A stretch of 64,000 nucleotides of DNA from Chthoniobacteraceae bacterium (GCA_040081625.1 JBEBGD010000020.1:1-64000); one strand, 5' to 3'. Shown: positions 9,618 through 19,910, counted from the stretch's first letter. Notes: generated from the letters alone by a model not told the origin. Translations and numbers: made by a program.

Positions 9618-9935
9618 CTACGTCGCGACCGACTCGCCGATCCAGCGCAGGTAATCGGGCAGCCCGTCCGCGACCGGGAGGGCGATGCACTCGGGCACTT
9701 CGTAGGGGTGCAGCTCGCGCAGGCGCACCTTGAGTTGGTCGAAGCGGGAGTCCTCCGTCTTCAAGATGCCGAGCACCTCCGCGCCCGTCTCGACCTCGCC
9801 TTTCCAGCGGTAGATCGACTCGACGCCGGGCACGAGATTGCCGCACGCGATGAGTCGCTCCTCGACGAGCGTGCGGACGATGCGGCGCGCGGTGACGATG
9901 TCGGGAAAGGTGGCAAGGACGACGAGCGCGCTCAC
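9618..9935 (-). CDS. cutA: Divalent-cation tolerance protein CutA
   Basis: 'LVEERLIACGN', 'SIYRWKG', 'LHPYEVPE' and 'YLRWI'; GTG start overlaps the mnmA stop. Confidence 0.93.
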   Translation of the reverse strand: MSALVVLATFPDIVTARRIVRTLVEERLIACGNLVPGVESIYRWKGEVETGAEVLGILKTEDSRFDQLKVRLRELHPYEVPECIALPVADGLPDYLRWIGESVAT

Positions 9936-11050
9936 GCCGTCACCAGCGCGGCCTGCCGGCAAATCCATCCACCGCCGAGCACCACGTCGCCGCGATAGCA
10001 CACCGCGGCCTGGCCGGGCGTGATCGCACGCTGCGGTTCGTGAAGGCGGACGCGGGCTCGCTGGCCTTGCGGCTCGATCGTCGCGGCGACGCCGGGATGC
10101 GCGTATCGGATCTTCACCGTCGCCTCGAAGGGTAGAAGCGGCGCCTCGCCGCTTCCACACTCGTGCCAGATCACGTTATCGATCTCGAACTCCTCGACCG
10201 TGAGGTCTTCCACGTCGCCCACGATCACGCTCGCGGACTCGGGATCGATGTCGATGACGTAGCGCGGCGTCGCGCTGCCGCCGGGCAGGCCCTTGCGCTG
10301 GCCGATGGTGAAAAGCTCGATGCCCTCGTGCGCGCCGAGATCGTTCCCCGCCTTGTCGCGCAGCCGGCCGGGATGAAATTCCTTCTCGCCGAGATGCGAG
10401 CGGAGGAACGCCTTGTAGTCATTCCCCGGCACAAAGCAGATCTCCTGACTGTCCACCTTGTCCGCCGTCTTCAGCCCGATCTCGCGCGCGATGCGACGGA
10501 TCTCCGGCTTCTCCATCCCGCCGAGCGGGAAGAGCGCGCGCTGGAGCTGCTCCTGCCGCAGCGAGAAAAGGAAATAGCTCTGGTCCTTGCGCGGATCGAC
10601 CCCGCGCCGCAGCACGGCGTGATCTTCAAAATGATCGACGATCGCGTAATGCCCCGTCGCGATGAACTCCGCGCCGACCGACTTCGCCTTCAGCCACAGG
10701 TTGCCGAACTTCACCTTCTCGTTGCACATCACGCACGGATTCGGCGTGCGCCCGGCGCGATACTCGGCGGTGAAGTAATCGATCACCGCGCGCTCGAAGT
10801 TCACCGCCTCATCGACGACGTAGTGCGGGATGCCGAGCGCGTGCGCCACGCCGCGCGCATCCGCGATCGCCTGCGGGCCGCAGCATTTGTCCGCCTCGCG
10901 CGAGATGCAGTCCTGCGGCCACACCTTCATCGTCACGCCGACCACGTCGTAGCCCTGCTGCTTGAGCAGGTAAGCGGCGACCGACGAGTCCACGCCGCCG
11001 CTCATCCCCACGACGACGCGCGGCTTGGTGGTGGAAGTGGACGGATTCAT
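9932..11050 (-). CDS. mnmA: tRNA 2-thiouridine(34) synthase MnmA
   Basis: SGGVDS PP-loop, 'TPNPCVMCN', 'ATGHYA', 'KDQSYFL', 'SQEICF', 'TIGQRKGL' and 'TPGQA'. Confidence 0.97.
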   Translation of the reverse strand: MNPSTSTTKPRVVVGMSGGVDSSVAAYLLKQQGYDVVGVTMKVWPQDCISREADKCCGPQAIADARGVAHALGIPHYVVDEAVNFERAVIDYFTAEYRAGRTPNPCVMCNEKVKFGNLWLKAKSVGAEFIATGHYAIVDHFEDHAVLRRGVDPRKDQSYFLFSLRQEQLQRALFPLGGMEKPEIRRIAREIGLKTADKVDSQEICFVPGNDYKAFLRSHLGEKEFHPGRLRDKAGNDLGAHEGIELFTIGQRKGLPGGSATPRYVIDIDPESASVIVGDVEDLTVEEFEIDNVIWHECGSGEAPLLPFEATVKIRYAHPGVAATIEPQGQRARVRLHEPQRAITPGQAAVCYRGDVVLGGGWICRQAALVTA

Positions 11051-11098
11051 CGGGCGCGACGGTGCCCGCGAGCGGGCGGACTTCAACCGCTTTCCCCG

Positions 11099-12010
11099 TC
11101 AGCGCTTCTGCCGAGGGTCGAGCGCGTCGCGGAGGCCGTCGCCGAGGAAATTGAGCGCGAGGAGCGTGAGGCTCATCGCGAGCGCGGGGAAGACGAGCAG
11201 CCACCAGTGGCTGCGCACGGGATTGATCGCGTTCGCGCCGTCGCTGAGCAGCGAACCCCAACTCGCCTGCGGCGCCTGGATGCCGAGGCCGAGGAAGCTG
11301 AGGAAACTCTCGTCGAGAATGACCTGCGGGATCGTGAGCGTGAGATAGACGATCACGATGCCCATGAGGTTCGGCAGCAGGTGGCGCAGGATGATGCGCG
11401 CGTGGCTCTGGCCGAGCGCGCGCGCGGCGAGGATGAACTGCTGCTCCTTCAGCGCGAGCACCTGCCCGCGCACGATGCGCGCGAGGCTCAGCCACGCATT
11501 CAAGCCGAGCACGATGATGAGCAGCACCATGCGAGAGAAACCGACGAGCGTCATCCAGCCCTGCGCGGCGAACCATTCCTTGAGCGGCTTATCGAAGGTG
11601 TAGATCGCGACCATGATGATGAGCAGCCGCGGCACCGAGTAGAGGATGTCCACGAAGCGCATCATCCAGCCATCCACGCGCCCGCCGAAGTAGCCCGAGA
11701 TCATGCCGTAGCCGGTGCCGACGACGAAGGCGATGAGCGCGCCGCACGCGCCGACGAGCAGCGAGATGCGCGCGCCCTGGATGACGCGCGAGAGTTCGTC
11801 GCGGCCGTTCAGATCGGTGCCGAAAAGGTGCGCGCCCGATGGCGGTTGGAACTGATCCTTGGTCGTGACGGCCGGCCGGTAGTCGAAGAACCACGGCCCC
11901 GCGATCGCGAAGACGACGATGAACACGAGCAGCGCGAGCGAGGCCATCGCGGTGCGATTGCGGCGCAGCCGCGACCAGACGCCCGGTGGGGAAAGCGTGG
12001 GCTCACTCAT
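11099..12010 (-). CDS. Oligopeptide/dipeptide ABC permease (OppC/DppC-like)
   Basis: 'HLFGTDLNGRD', EAA-loop-like 'FILAARALG' and 'NFLGDGLRDALDP'. Confidence 0.92.
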   Translation of the reverse strand: MSEPTLSPPGVWSRLRRNRTAMASLALLVFIVVFAIAGPWFFDYRPAVTTKDQFQPPSGAHLFGTDLNGRDELSRVIQGARISLLVGACGALIAFVVGTGYGMISGYFGGRVDGWMMRFVDILYSVPRLLIIMVAIYTFDKPLKEWFAAQGWMTLVGFSRMVLLIIVLGLNAWLSLARIVRGQVLALKEQQFILAARALGQSHARIILRHLLPNLMGIVIVYLTLTIPQVILDESFLSFLGLGIQAPQASWGSLLSDGANAINPVRSHWWLLVFPALAMSLTLLALNFLGDGLRDALDPRQKR

Positions 12011-12050
12011 GGCGCGGGCATTGCGCAAAGCGACGGCGCCTGCGGCGGGC

Positions 12051-12148
12051 CAAACTTCAAACTCCAAACTCCAAACTTCAAACGCCAAACGAAAGATGAA
12101 CGGCCGCCTCGTTTGGCGTTTGGCGTTTTGCGTTTGGCGTTTGGCGTT
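12051..12148. repeat. Inverted array of heptamer repeats (CAAACxx x6 / xCGTTTG x5) forming a long imperfect hairpin
   Basis: Left arm caaactt caaactc caaactc caaactt caaacgc caaacga; right arm tcgtttg gcgtttg gcgtttt gcgtttg gcgtttg; intergenic between the two permeases. Confidence 0.85.
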
Positions 12149-12187
12149 AAGCCGCGCGCAGCGCCGTCACATTTGAAATGATCGCGC

Positions 12188-13108
12188 TCACTCATGGAGC
12201 CGGATGCGGCGGTCGAGCCACGTGTAGGAGAGGTCGGTGAGGAAGTTCAGCACCACGAGCACCGTGCAATAGACGATCGTCACGCCCATGAGCAGGTAAC
12301 GGTCGCTGTTCAAAATCGACTGCACGAAATACGGCCCGGCGCCGGGGATGTTGAAGATCGTCTCCACGACGAGCGAGCCGGTGAGCAGGTTCGCCGCGAG
12401 CGGGCCGATGAAGCTGACCACCGGCAGCACCGCGACCTTCAGCGCGTGGCGATAGACGGTCGTCTTCTCGTCGAGACCCTTCGCGCGCGCGGTGCGGATG
12501 AAATCCTGCGAGAGCACCTCGAGCAGCGACGAACGCATGAGCCGCGCGACGTAGGCGATGTATGGGCCGGCGAGCGTGACCGCGGGGAGGATGAGACTTT
12601 GCCACGAAGTCCATCCGCCCACCGGCAGCCAGCGCAGCCACAACGCGAAGACGAGAATGAGCAGCGGGCCGATGACGAATGTCGGGATGCTGATGAGCGC
12701 GAGCGCGGCAAACATCGCGCCGGCATCGGTCGCCGAGTGCTGGCGCACCGCAGCCATGGTGCCCAGCCAGATGCCGCCCGCCGTGGCGATGAGCAGCGCC
12801 GCCGCGCCGAGCGTGATGGAGACCGGCAGTCCGTCGGCGAGCAGTTGGTTCACCGAGCGTTCCTTGAACTTGAGCGAGAGCCGCAGGTCGCCGTGCAGCA
12901 GGTCGCCGAGATAGGCCCAGTATTGCGAGATCATCGGCCCCTCGACTTTGTAGCGGGCCTTCATCTGCTTCATGATCGACTCCGGGATGTCGCGCTCGCG
13001 GACGAAGGGATCGCCCGGCGCGACATACACGATGAGGAAGGTGAGCGTGACCACGGCCCAGAGCACGAGCACCATCGCGGCAAGTCTGCGGAGGATGAAG
13101 GTAAGCAT
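12188..13108 (-). CDS. Oligopeptide/dipeptide ABC permease (OppB/DppB-like)
   Basis: 'MLTFILRRL', 'PGDP', 'FIRTARAKGL' and 'VETIFNIPGAG'. Confidence 0.92.
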   Translation of the reverse strand: MLTFILRRLAAMVLVLWAVVTLTFLIVYVAPGDPFVRERDIPESIMKQMKARYKVEGPMISQYWAYLGDLLHGDLRLSLKFKERSVNQLLADGLPVSITLGAAALLIATAGGIWLGTMAAVRQHSATDAGAMFAALALISIPTFVIGPLLILVFALWLRWLPVGGWTSWQSLILPAVTLAGPYIAYVARLMRSSLLEVLSQDFIRTARAKGLDEKTTVYRHALKVAVLPVVSFIGPLAANLLTGSLVVETIFNIPGAGPYFVQSILNSDRYLLMGVTIVYCTVLVVLNFLTDLSYTWLDRRIRLHE

Positions 13109-13253
13109 CGGGGTGGCGGCGCGGAGGTTTGGCGAAAGCGGCGCGCTGCGCCACCGGGAAATTCGGGAGGTGCTTCCCCCTTTGCACATCGCGGGATTCC
13201 CGCTAACGGGCACGCTCCCCGTCGGTTCTCCCCGCACCTTTTCCATCATACCC

Positions 13254-16200
13254 ATGACAATGCGTCTCCTCATCCCGTGCCTCCTCGCCGCCACCTGCTT
13301 CGCGCAGCAGCCGACGATACTTGAACTCAAAAAGGGCGATCACATCGCCATCGTCGGCAGCGGGCTCGCGGATCGGCAGCAACATCACGGCTGGCTCGAG
13401 TCGCTCGTCCACAAGGCGTATCCCGATCTCGAACTGACGGTGCGCAATCTCGGCTTCGCGGCGGACGAGGTGAATGTGCGTCCGCGCAGCGATGAGGTGC
13501 CGACGACGGAGCAGTTCCTGAACATGAAGCCGGGGACCACCACGCTCACCGTCGGCAAAACCGAGGTGACCTACCACTGGGGCGCGGACTTCCACTCGAA
13601 CGTGATCCTCGCGTATTGGGGCTTCAACGAGTCGTTCAAGGGCGAGGCCGGGCTGGCGGAATTCCGCACGGCGCTCGACGCGTATTTGAAGAAGCTGACG
13701 GGAACGGATTTCGGGAAGGGCAAGCCGCGGGTCGTGCTGCTCTCGCCGATCGCGCACGAGAATATGAAGGACCCCGTGAATTTCCCGGACGGCTCGGCGA
13801 ACAACAAGAACCTCGCGCTTTACACGAAGGCGATGGGCGAGGTCGCGAAAGCGAACGGCGTGCAGTTCGTCGATCTCTTCCAGTCGTCGCAGGAGGTGTA
13901 TGCGAAGGCGGCGCGTCCGCTCACGCTGAACGGCATCCATTTGACCGACGACGGCGACAAGGCGCTCGCGCCGGTGCAGTTCAAGGCGATCTTCGGCAAG
14001 GACGCGCCGGGCGCGGACAGTTCCGACGTGCTGAAGATCCGCGAGGCGGTGCTCGAGAAGAACACGCAGTGGCATCACCGCTACCGGACGGTCGATCAGT
14101 TCAACATTTTCGGCCAGCGCTCGCGCATCAAATACGCCGACCCGAATGACCCGAAGAACGCGCCGGACAACGCGACGATCATGGGTCAGGAGTTGGCGCA
14201 GCGCGACGTGAAGGTGGCGAACCGCGACAAGGCGGTGTGGGCTGCGGCGCAGGGGAAGAAGTTCACGGTGACGGACGACAACCTGCCGAAAGTGGACCCG
14301 GTGCCGCCGAACCGCTTCGGGCCGATCCCGGTGAAAGCGAAGGATGCGGCGAAAGTGAATACGACGGACAAAAAGCCGGATCCGAAATCCCCGCTTCGCC
14401 CTTACATCGAGAAGGGCGAGGACACGCTCAAATACATCAAGTCACCCGAGGGCACGAAGGTGGAGTTCATCGCCTCGGAGAAGGAATTCCCCGAGCTGGT
14501 GAACCCGGTGCAGATGAACTTCGACACGAAGGGCCGGCTGTGGGTCGCGGTGTGGCCGAACTATCCCGAGACGACGCCGACGACGAAGGTCTTCGACAAG
14601 CTCATCGTTTTCGACATCGACCCGAAGACCGGGAAGTTCACCAAGTGCACGACCTTCGCGGACGGGCTGAACTGCCCGACGGGCTTCCAGCTTTATAAGG
14701 ACGGCGTGCTCGTGATGCAGTCGCCGGACATGTGGTTCCTGCGCGACACGAACGGCGACGGAAAGGCCGACTGGAAGGAGCGCCTCGTCCATGGTCTCGA
14801 CGCGGCGGACTCGCATCACGAAACGAACTCGATCTGCTACGAGCCGGGCGGCGCGGTGTATTTCAGCGACGGCGTCTTCCACCGCACAAACGTCGAGACG
14901 CTCAACGGCCCCGTGCGCAACGTGAATGGCGCGATCTATCGCTTCGAGCCGCGCACGAGCCGCTTCGACCGCTACGTGCCCTACGGCTTCGCGAATCCGC
15001 ACGGGCGCGTCTTCGACTACTGGGGCAACGACATCATCACCGACGCGACCGGCAACGCGAACTACTTCGGCCCGGCGTTCAGCGGGCACCTCGACAGCGG
15101 CGCGCACCCGAAGATGAACCAATTCTGGAATCGCCCGTCGCGTCCGTGCCCCGGCACGAACATCCTCAGCAGCCGCCATTTTCCGGACGACTGGCAGGGG
15201 CAGTTCCTGAATGCGAACGTGATCGGCTTCCAAGGCATCTTCCGCGCGAAGGTCTCCGAGGAAGGCTCGGGGCTGAAGGGCGAGACCATCGATCCGCTCG
15301 TCGAGGGCATCCTCGGCGACGACGAGCACGAGGGAAATCCGAACTTCCGCCCGAGCGGCATCGCCGTGGCGCCGGATGGCTCGCTCTATTTCATGGACTG
15401 GTCGCAGATGCTCATCGGCCATTTGCAGCACCACCTGCGCGATCCCAACCGCGGCCACGCTCATGGGCGCATCTATCGAATCACGTATCCCTCACGCCCG
15501 CTGCTGAAGCCGAAGAAGATCGCGGGCGAGTCGATCGAGAACCTGCTCGATCTGCTCAAGGAGCACGAAGACAATGTTCGGATGCTCGCGAAGGTCGAAC
15601 TCGACACGCACGACACCGCGAAGGTCATCGCCGCCGTGCAGAAGTGGGAGAAGGCGCTCGATAAGAAAGGCAAAGACTACGAGCACAACCGGCTCGAAGC
15701 GCTGTGGGTTCACCAATGGCACAACGTCGTGAACCTCGACCTGCTCAACGCGGTGCTCAAATCGCCCGAGCCCCGCGCCCGAGCACAAGCGATCCGCGTC
15801 GCCTGCTACTGGCGCGACCGCTTGCCGAACGCGCTGGCCATCTTCGACGCCGGCATCAAGGACGCCGCGCCGCGTGTGCGGCTCGAAGCAGTGCGCGCGC
15901 TCAGTTTCGTGAAGGGCAAGGACGTGCCGGCAGCGATCGAACTCGCGAAGCTCGTGATCGCCGAGAAGGACTACTATATCGACTACTGCTTCCGCGAGAC
16001 GATGAAGCAACTCGGCTCACTGCCCGAGGGCAAGGACCTCATCGGCAAGGATCCGCTGCTCACCGCGCGACTGCGCGCCGTGCCCGACGCCAGCTACGGC
16101 CCGACCGACAAGAAGCTCTCCGCCGCGGACAAAAAGGTCTATGACCTCGGCAAGGAAGTCTTCAACCGCGAGGCGCACTGCGGCACCTGCCACCAGCCCG

Positions 16201-16553
16201 ACGGCAAGGGTGTGGAGAATATCTACCCCGGACTCGTGAAGAGCGAATGGCTCGAAGGCGGCAACGAGCGCGTCATCAAGATCGTGCTCAAGGGCCTGTT
16301 CGGCCCGCTCGATTTCCAAGGCAAACGCTACGGCCCCGAGAAAGGCACGCCGCCCATGACCGGCCTCGGGCCGTTGCTCAAGGACGAGGAAGTTGCCGCC
16401 GTGATTTCCTACGTGCATCAATCTTTCGGCAACAACCTGCCGATGGTGAAGACCGAGGAAGTCGCCAAGGTCCGCGAAGCGACGAAGGACCGCGCCATCT
16501 TCTACATGGTGGACGAGATCCTGAAGGAGCATCCGCTGCCGAAGAAAAAGTAG
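13254..16553 (+). CDS. PVC-type heme-binding protein: signal peptide, SGNH-like domain, dehydrogenase-like beta-propeller, HEAT repeats, cytochrome c
   Basis: Signal-like MTMRLLIPCLLAATCFA; 'NPVQMNFDTKGRLWV', 'DTNGDGKAD', 'GFANPHG' and 'FRPSGIAVAPDGSLY'; HEAT-like 'PRARAQAIR/PRVRLEAVRAL'; CGTCH at 16179-16193. Confidence 0.85.
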   Translation: MTMRLLIPCLLAATCFAQQPTILELKKGDHIAIVGSGLADRQQHHGWLESLVHKAYPDLELTVRNLGFAADEVNVRPRSDEVPTTEQFLNMKPGTTTLTVGKTEVTYHWGADFHSNVILAYWGFNESFKGEAGLAEFRTALDAYLKKLTGTDFGKGKPRVVLLSPIAHENMKDPVNFPDGSANNKNLALYTKAMGEVAKANGVQFVDLFQSSQEVYAKAARPLTLNGIHLTDDGDKALAPVQFKAIFGKDAPGADSSDVLKIREAVLEKNTQWHHRYRTVDQFNIFGQRSRIKYADPNDPKNAPDNATIMGQELAQRDVKVANRDKAVWAAAQGKKFTVTDDNLPKVDPVPPNRFGPIPVKAKDAAKVNTTDKKPDPKSPLRPYIEKGEDTLKYIKSPEGTKVEFIASEKEFPELVNPVQMNFDTKGRLWVAVWPNYPETTPTTKVFDKLIVFDIDPKTGKFTKCTTFADGLNCPTGFQLYKDGVLVMQSPDMWFLRDTNGDGKADWKERLVHGLDAADSHHETNSICYEPGGAVYFSDGVFHRTNVETLNGPVRNVNGAIYRFEPRTSRFDRYVPYGFANPHGRVFDYWGNDIITDATGNANYFGPAFSGHLDSGAHPKMNQFWNRPSRPCPGTNILSSRHFPDDWQGQFLNANVIGFQGIFRAKVSEEGSGLKGETIDPLVEGILGDDEHEGNPNFRPSGIAVAPDGSLYFMDWSQMLIGHLQHHLRDPNRGHAHGRIYRITYPSRPLLKPKKIAGESIENLLDLLKEHEDNVRMLAKVELDTHDTAKVIAAVQKWEKALDKKGKDYEHNRLEALWVHQWHNVVNLDLLNAVLKSPEPRARAQAIRVACYWRDRLPNALAIFDAGIKDAAPRVRLEAVRALSFVKGKDVPAAIELAKLVIAEKDYYIDYCFRETMKQLGSLPEGKDLIGKDPLLTARLRAVPDASYGPTDKKLSAADKKVYDLGKEVFNREAHCGTCHQPDGKGVENIYPGLVKSEWLEGGNERVIKIVLKGLFGPLDFQGKRYGPEKGTPPMTGLGPLLKDEEVAAVISYVHQSFGNNLPMVKTEEVAKVREATKDRAIFYMVDEILKEHPLPKKK

Positions 16554-16567
16554 CGCCCGCTGCGCCG

Positions 16568-18802
16568 CTACGGAGCGCGAAAGCGCTGCGCGTTCACGAA
16601 GCCGGCGAGCTCGATCGCGCCGTCGCGGATGCGCACCGACACCGCGCCGCACTCGTCCTGCCGGAAGACCGTGACGCCGCGCGATCGCGTCGCCGCAGTC
16701 CACTCGTCGAGCGACTGCGGAGCCGGGGCGCGAAAGTCCGGCGCGCCGACGACGATCGCCGCGGGCCGGACGTGGGCGAGGAAGTCCGCGGTGCCGGAGA
16801 AATCCTTTCCATGATGTCCTTTGACGATCACATCCGCGCGGAGCGCGGGCTCGTGCTCGATCAGCCAACGCTCGGTCGCCACACCGGAGTCGGACATGAG
16901 CAGCACGCTCCGCCCTTCGCACTCGACGAGAATGACGAGCGCCTTGTCGTCGGCGGCCGGTCGCTTCCAGCCGGCAGGCGGAAAAAGCACGCGCACACGC
17001 GCGGCGCCCGCGACGAATTCGTCGCCCCGGCGGGCGAACACCTTGCCGCGATGGGCTTCCGCGAGCGCGGCGTGGAATCCGCGGCGCGTCGGCGAGAGGT
17101 CTTTGATTGTCGAGTCCAGGATGAGCTTCGGCGTGAAGTCATCGAGTGCCTCGATCGCCCCGCCGATGTGCTGCGCGTCGCCGTGGGTGAGCACGAGAGC
17201 GTCGAGCCGGTTCACGCCGCGGGATCGGAGGTAGGGCAGCGCGACGTTTCGGAAGCGCGAATCCTTCCCGCCATCGATGAGCCAGTCGTGCCGCCCCGAT
17301 CGCAGATGAATCGCCGCGCCTGCGCCGACATCGAGCACGGTCAGCTCGCACTGAGGAGGCGGCCCGGCGCGCGGCAGTTCGACGTAGAGATGACCACCGG
17401 GCATCAGCGCGAAGACTTGCACCGAGGCGAGCAGCGCCTTCGCGCAGAGCCAGTTTGCGTTGCTGAAAAGAATCGCAACCGGCTTCGCGACGAGCGCGGC
17501 GAGAACCGTGGCCAGGCCGAGCGCGAGCACGCAAAAGGCGATCGGCACCGCGATGAGGTTCGCGAAGATCGCCGACGGCGAGACGATGTGGAAATAGCCC
17601 GCCATGAAAAGCAGCGAGCCGATCCACGACGCGAGCGTGACGCCGAGCACCGCGGCGAGCATCTTCGACGCGAACGCAACGGTCCGCTGGCGGAAGGTCC
17701 ACAGCGGCTTCGGCAGAAATGGATCGGGGTGACCGAGCGGCTCGAGGCGGCGGCTGATCTTTCCCGCGAGCCACACGATGGTGAACACGAGCACGAACGA
17801 GAACTGAAAGCCGGGCACGAAGAGCTGGTTTGTGTCCCACGCGAGGATGAGGACGGCGGCGGCGGCGAGGCTGTTATAGACCACGCCGCGCCGCTCGAAG
17901 AGCAACGCGAGCAGGACGAGCGAGCCCATGATCGCCGCGCGCACACAGCTCGCGCTCAGTCCGGTGACGAGCGCGTAGAAGATCAGGATCGGGATGGTCG
18001 TCGTCGCGACGAAGCGGCGACCGAGGCCGAGCGGCTTGAGCACGTAGGCGGCGATGATCGCGAGCATCGCGATGTTCAGCCCGCTGACGGCGAAGAGGTG
18101 CAGCGTGCCGGTGGTGCGAAACATATCCGTCGTCTCCGCAGGCGTCTCGCCCCGCATCCCGAGCACCATGCTCGCGATGAGCGTGGCCAGTTCGGGCGAG
18201 TCCTCGATGTCGAGCCTGAGTTGCTCCTGCATCCATCGGCTCGTGCGTAACGAGAGTGCGATGAGCGGATTGCCGGCCCCGCGCGCGTCGATGCGGCAGT
18301 CCTGCGGATACTTCGTCTCGAGCTGCGCGAAGACGCCGCTCCGGGCGAGATGCGACGCAAAGTCGAGCTGACCGGGATTGCGTGGACGCTCGATCGCCTC
18401 AATCCAGCCGCTCACCGTGACGCGGTCGCCATACGCGGGAAGCGGCCCGCACCAGGTGACGAGCACGTCCCCGTCTTCCGGCCGCAATCGAAATGTCCCC
18501 GTCTGCCGGAATGCGAAATACGGCAGCGGCTCCGGATCACTCGCGACCAACCCGCTCACCGTCGCCATGCGCGCGGCGACGACCCGCGCGGGATTCTGCT
18601 TGAATGCAAAGGTGTGAACCGAGGCGAAGCTGACGCTGGCGCAGAACGCGCAAAGCCACGTGCGCGGAACGAACAAGCTCGCGAGCGCGCTGACCACGAA
18701 CGTCCCGATGAGCACCGCCGCCGGAAGTGCGAACCGATCGGCCAGCACGATGCCGGCGACCGCCGCGAGGGCTAGGCCGAGGAATGGAAGACGCGGGCGC
18801 AT
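16568..18802 (-). CDS. comEC: ComEC/Rec2 competence channel
   Basis: 'RNPGQLDF', 'HLFAVSGLN', 'SCVRAAIM' and 'GFQFSF'; C-terminal MBL-like domain (LDVGAG, LTHGDAQHIGG, KGHHG). Confidence 0.9.
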   Translation of the reverse strand: MRPRLPFLGLALAAVAGIVLADRFALPAAVLIGTFVVSALASLFVPRTWLCAFCASVSFASVHTFAFKQNPARVVAARMATVSGLVASDPEPLPYFAFRQTGTFRLRPEDGDVLVTWCGPLPAYGDRVTVSGWIEAIERPRNPGQLDFASHLARSGVFAQLETKYPQDCRIDARGAGNPLIALSLRTSRWMQEQLRLDIEDSPELATLIASMVLGMRGETPAETTDMFRTTGTLHLFAVSGLNIAMLAIIAAYVLKPLGLGRRFVATTTIPILIFYALVTGLSASCVRAAIMGSLVLLALLFERRGVVYNSLAAAAVLILAWDTNQLFVPGFQFSFVLVFTIVWLAGKISRRLEPLGHPDPFLPKPLWTFRQRTVAFASKMLAAVLGVTLASWIGSLLFMAGYFHIVSPSAIFANLIAVPIAFCVLALGLATVLAALVAKPVAILFSNANWLCAKALLASVQVFALMPGGHLYVELPRAGPPPQCELTVLDVGAGAAIHLRSGRHDWLIDGGKDSRFRNVALPYLRSRGVNRLDALVLTHGDAQHIGGAIEALDDFTPKLILDSTIKDLSPTRRGFHAALAEAHRGKVFARRGDEFVAGAARVRVLFPPAGWKRPAADDKALVILVECEGRSVLLMSDSGVATERWLIEHEPALRADVIVKGHHGKDFSGTADFLAHVRPAAIVVGAPDFRAPAPQSLDEWTAATRSRGVTVFRQDECGAVSVRIRDGAIELAGFVNAQRFRAP

Positions 18803-18887
18803 CGCCGCGAAGATTACCAGAGTCACGCAGACGGATACAAACCCGGCGCTTGGCTAGCTCACGCCACCCGTGTAAGACCCCGCGCCA

Positions 18888-19907
18888 ATGGACGCACCCG
18901 ATTGGGTTCCACTCACCGACGAACAACTGCTCGATCGCCGCATTTCGTCGCTCGGACTCGCGCTCGAAGGCACGCCACTCCAGCCCTTGATCCAGCAGCT
19001 CTACGACGAGCTTTCCGCGAAGGGACTCGTCTTTCATCCGCCGTGTCACGTCGGCGACGAGTGGTTCGTGCCGGTCGGTATCCCGGCAATCTTTGTTCCG
19101 TTTTTTCTCGTCCACGATCGGCTGCGCGCGCTCGAGCGGACGATGATGCTCGAGGTCGAAGGCGAGACGCCGGAGTGGTTCATGAAGCTGATCCGGCACG
19201 AAGCGGCACACGCCTACGCGTATGCGTATCAGCTCCCGCGGAAGAAGAAGTGGCAGCAGATCTTCGGGCGCACCTCGACGGACGAGACGCCGCAATTCTA
19301 CCGCCCGCGGCCCTACAGCCGCAGCTACGTGGTGCATCTCGACGACTGGTATGCGCAGAGCCACCCGGACGAGGATTTCGCGGAGACGTTCGCCGTGTGG
19401 CTCATGCCGGGGCTCGACTGGCGCGCGCGTTATCGCGGCTGGAAGGCGCTCGCGAAGCTCGAATACATGGACGAGCTGATGCGCTCGATCGCCGGAAAAC
19501 CGCCGGTGCATCAGCCCGAATATCGCGCGCCCGATCACGACTGCCTGAATCTCAAGCTCAAGACTTTCTACGCGCGAAAACGAAAAGTCTTCGAGGACAC
19601 GTATCCGGATTTTTACGACCGCGACTTGCGCGAGCTTTTCCCCGCGGCGCCGGACGCGGCGGGGCGGATCAAGGCCAGTTCATATCTGCGGATGCGGCGG
19701 CGGCGGCTGATGAACGCGGTCTGCAAATGGACCAACGAGCGAAAGTATCGCGTGGACAAGCTGCTCGACCGGCTCACCGCGCGGAGCGACGCGCTCGCGC
19801 TCGGCGTGCTCAATGACGATCCGCAGCAGGACTTCCGAGTGTCGGCGTATCTCACGACGTTGGTGATGAACTACCTGTTCACCGGCCGCTTCAAGCGCAC
19901 CAAGTAG
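18888..19907 (+). CDS. Putative zinc-binding metallopeptidase (zincin, HExxH)
   Basis: 'RHEAAHAY' plus downstream 'YAQSHPDEDFAETF'. Confidence 0.75.
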   Translation: MDAPDWVPLTDEQLLDRRISSLGLALEGTPLQPLIQQLYDELSAKGLVFHPPCHVGDEWFVPVGIPAIFVPFFLVHDRLRALERTMMLEVEGETPEWFMKLIRHEAAHAYAYAYQLPRKKKWQQIFGRTSTDETPQFYRPRPYSRSYVVHLDDWYAQSHPDEDFAETFAVWLMPGLDWRARYRGWKALAKLEYMDELMRSIAGKPPVHQPEYRAPDHDCLNLKLKTFYARKRKVFEDTYPDFYDRDLRELFPAAPDAAGRIKASSYLRMRRRRLMNAVCKWTNERKYRVDKLLDRLTARSDALALGVLNDDPQQDFRVSAYLTTLVMNYLFTGRFKRTK

Positions 19908-19910
19908 GCG

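Noticed and set aside
12051..12148. Short repeats as a CRISPR array
   Set aside because: Units are 7 bp with no unique spacers, and no cas genes are present. The same applies to 161-200 and 46719-46800.
16550..16571. GTAGCG...CGCTAC small palindrome as another REP
   Set aside because: Mostly explained by the two convergent TAG stop codons; does not match the REP at 887-938.
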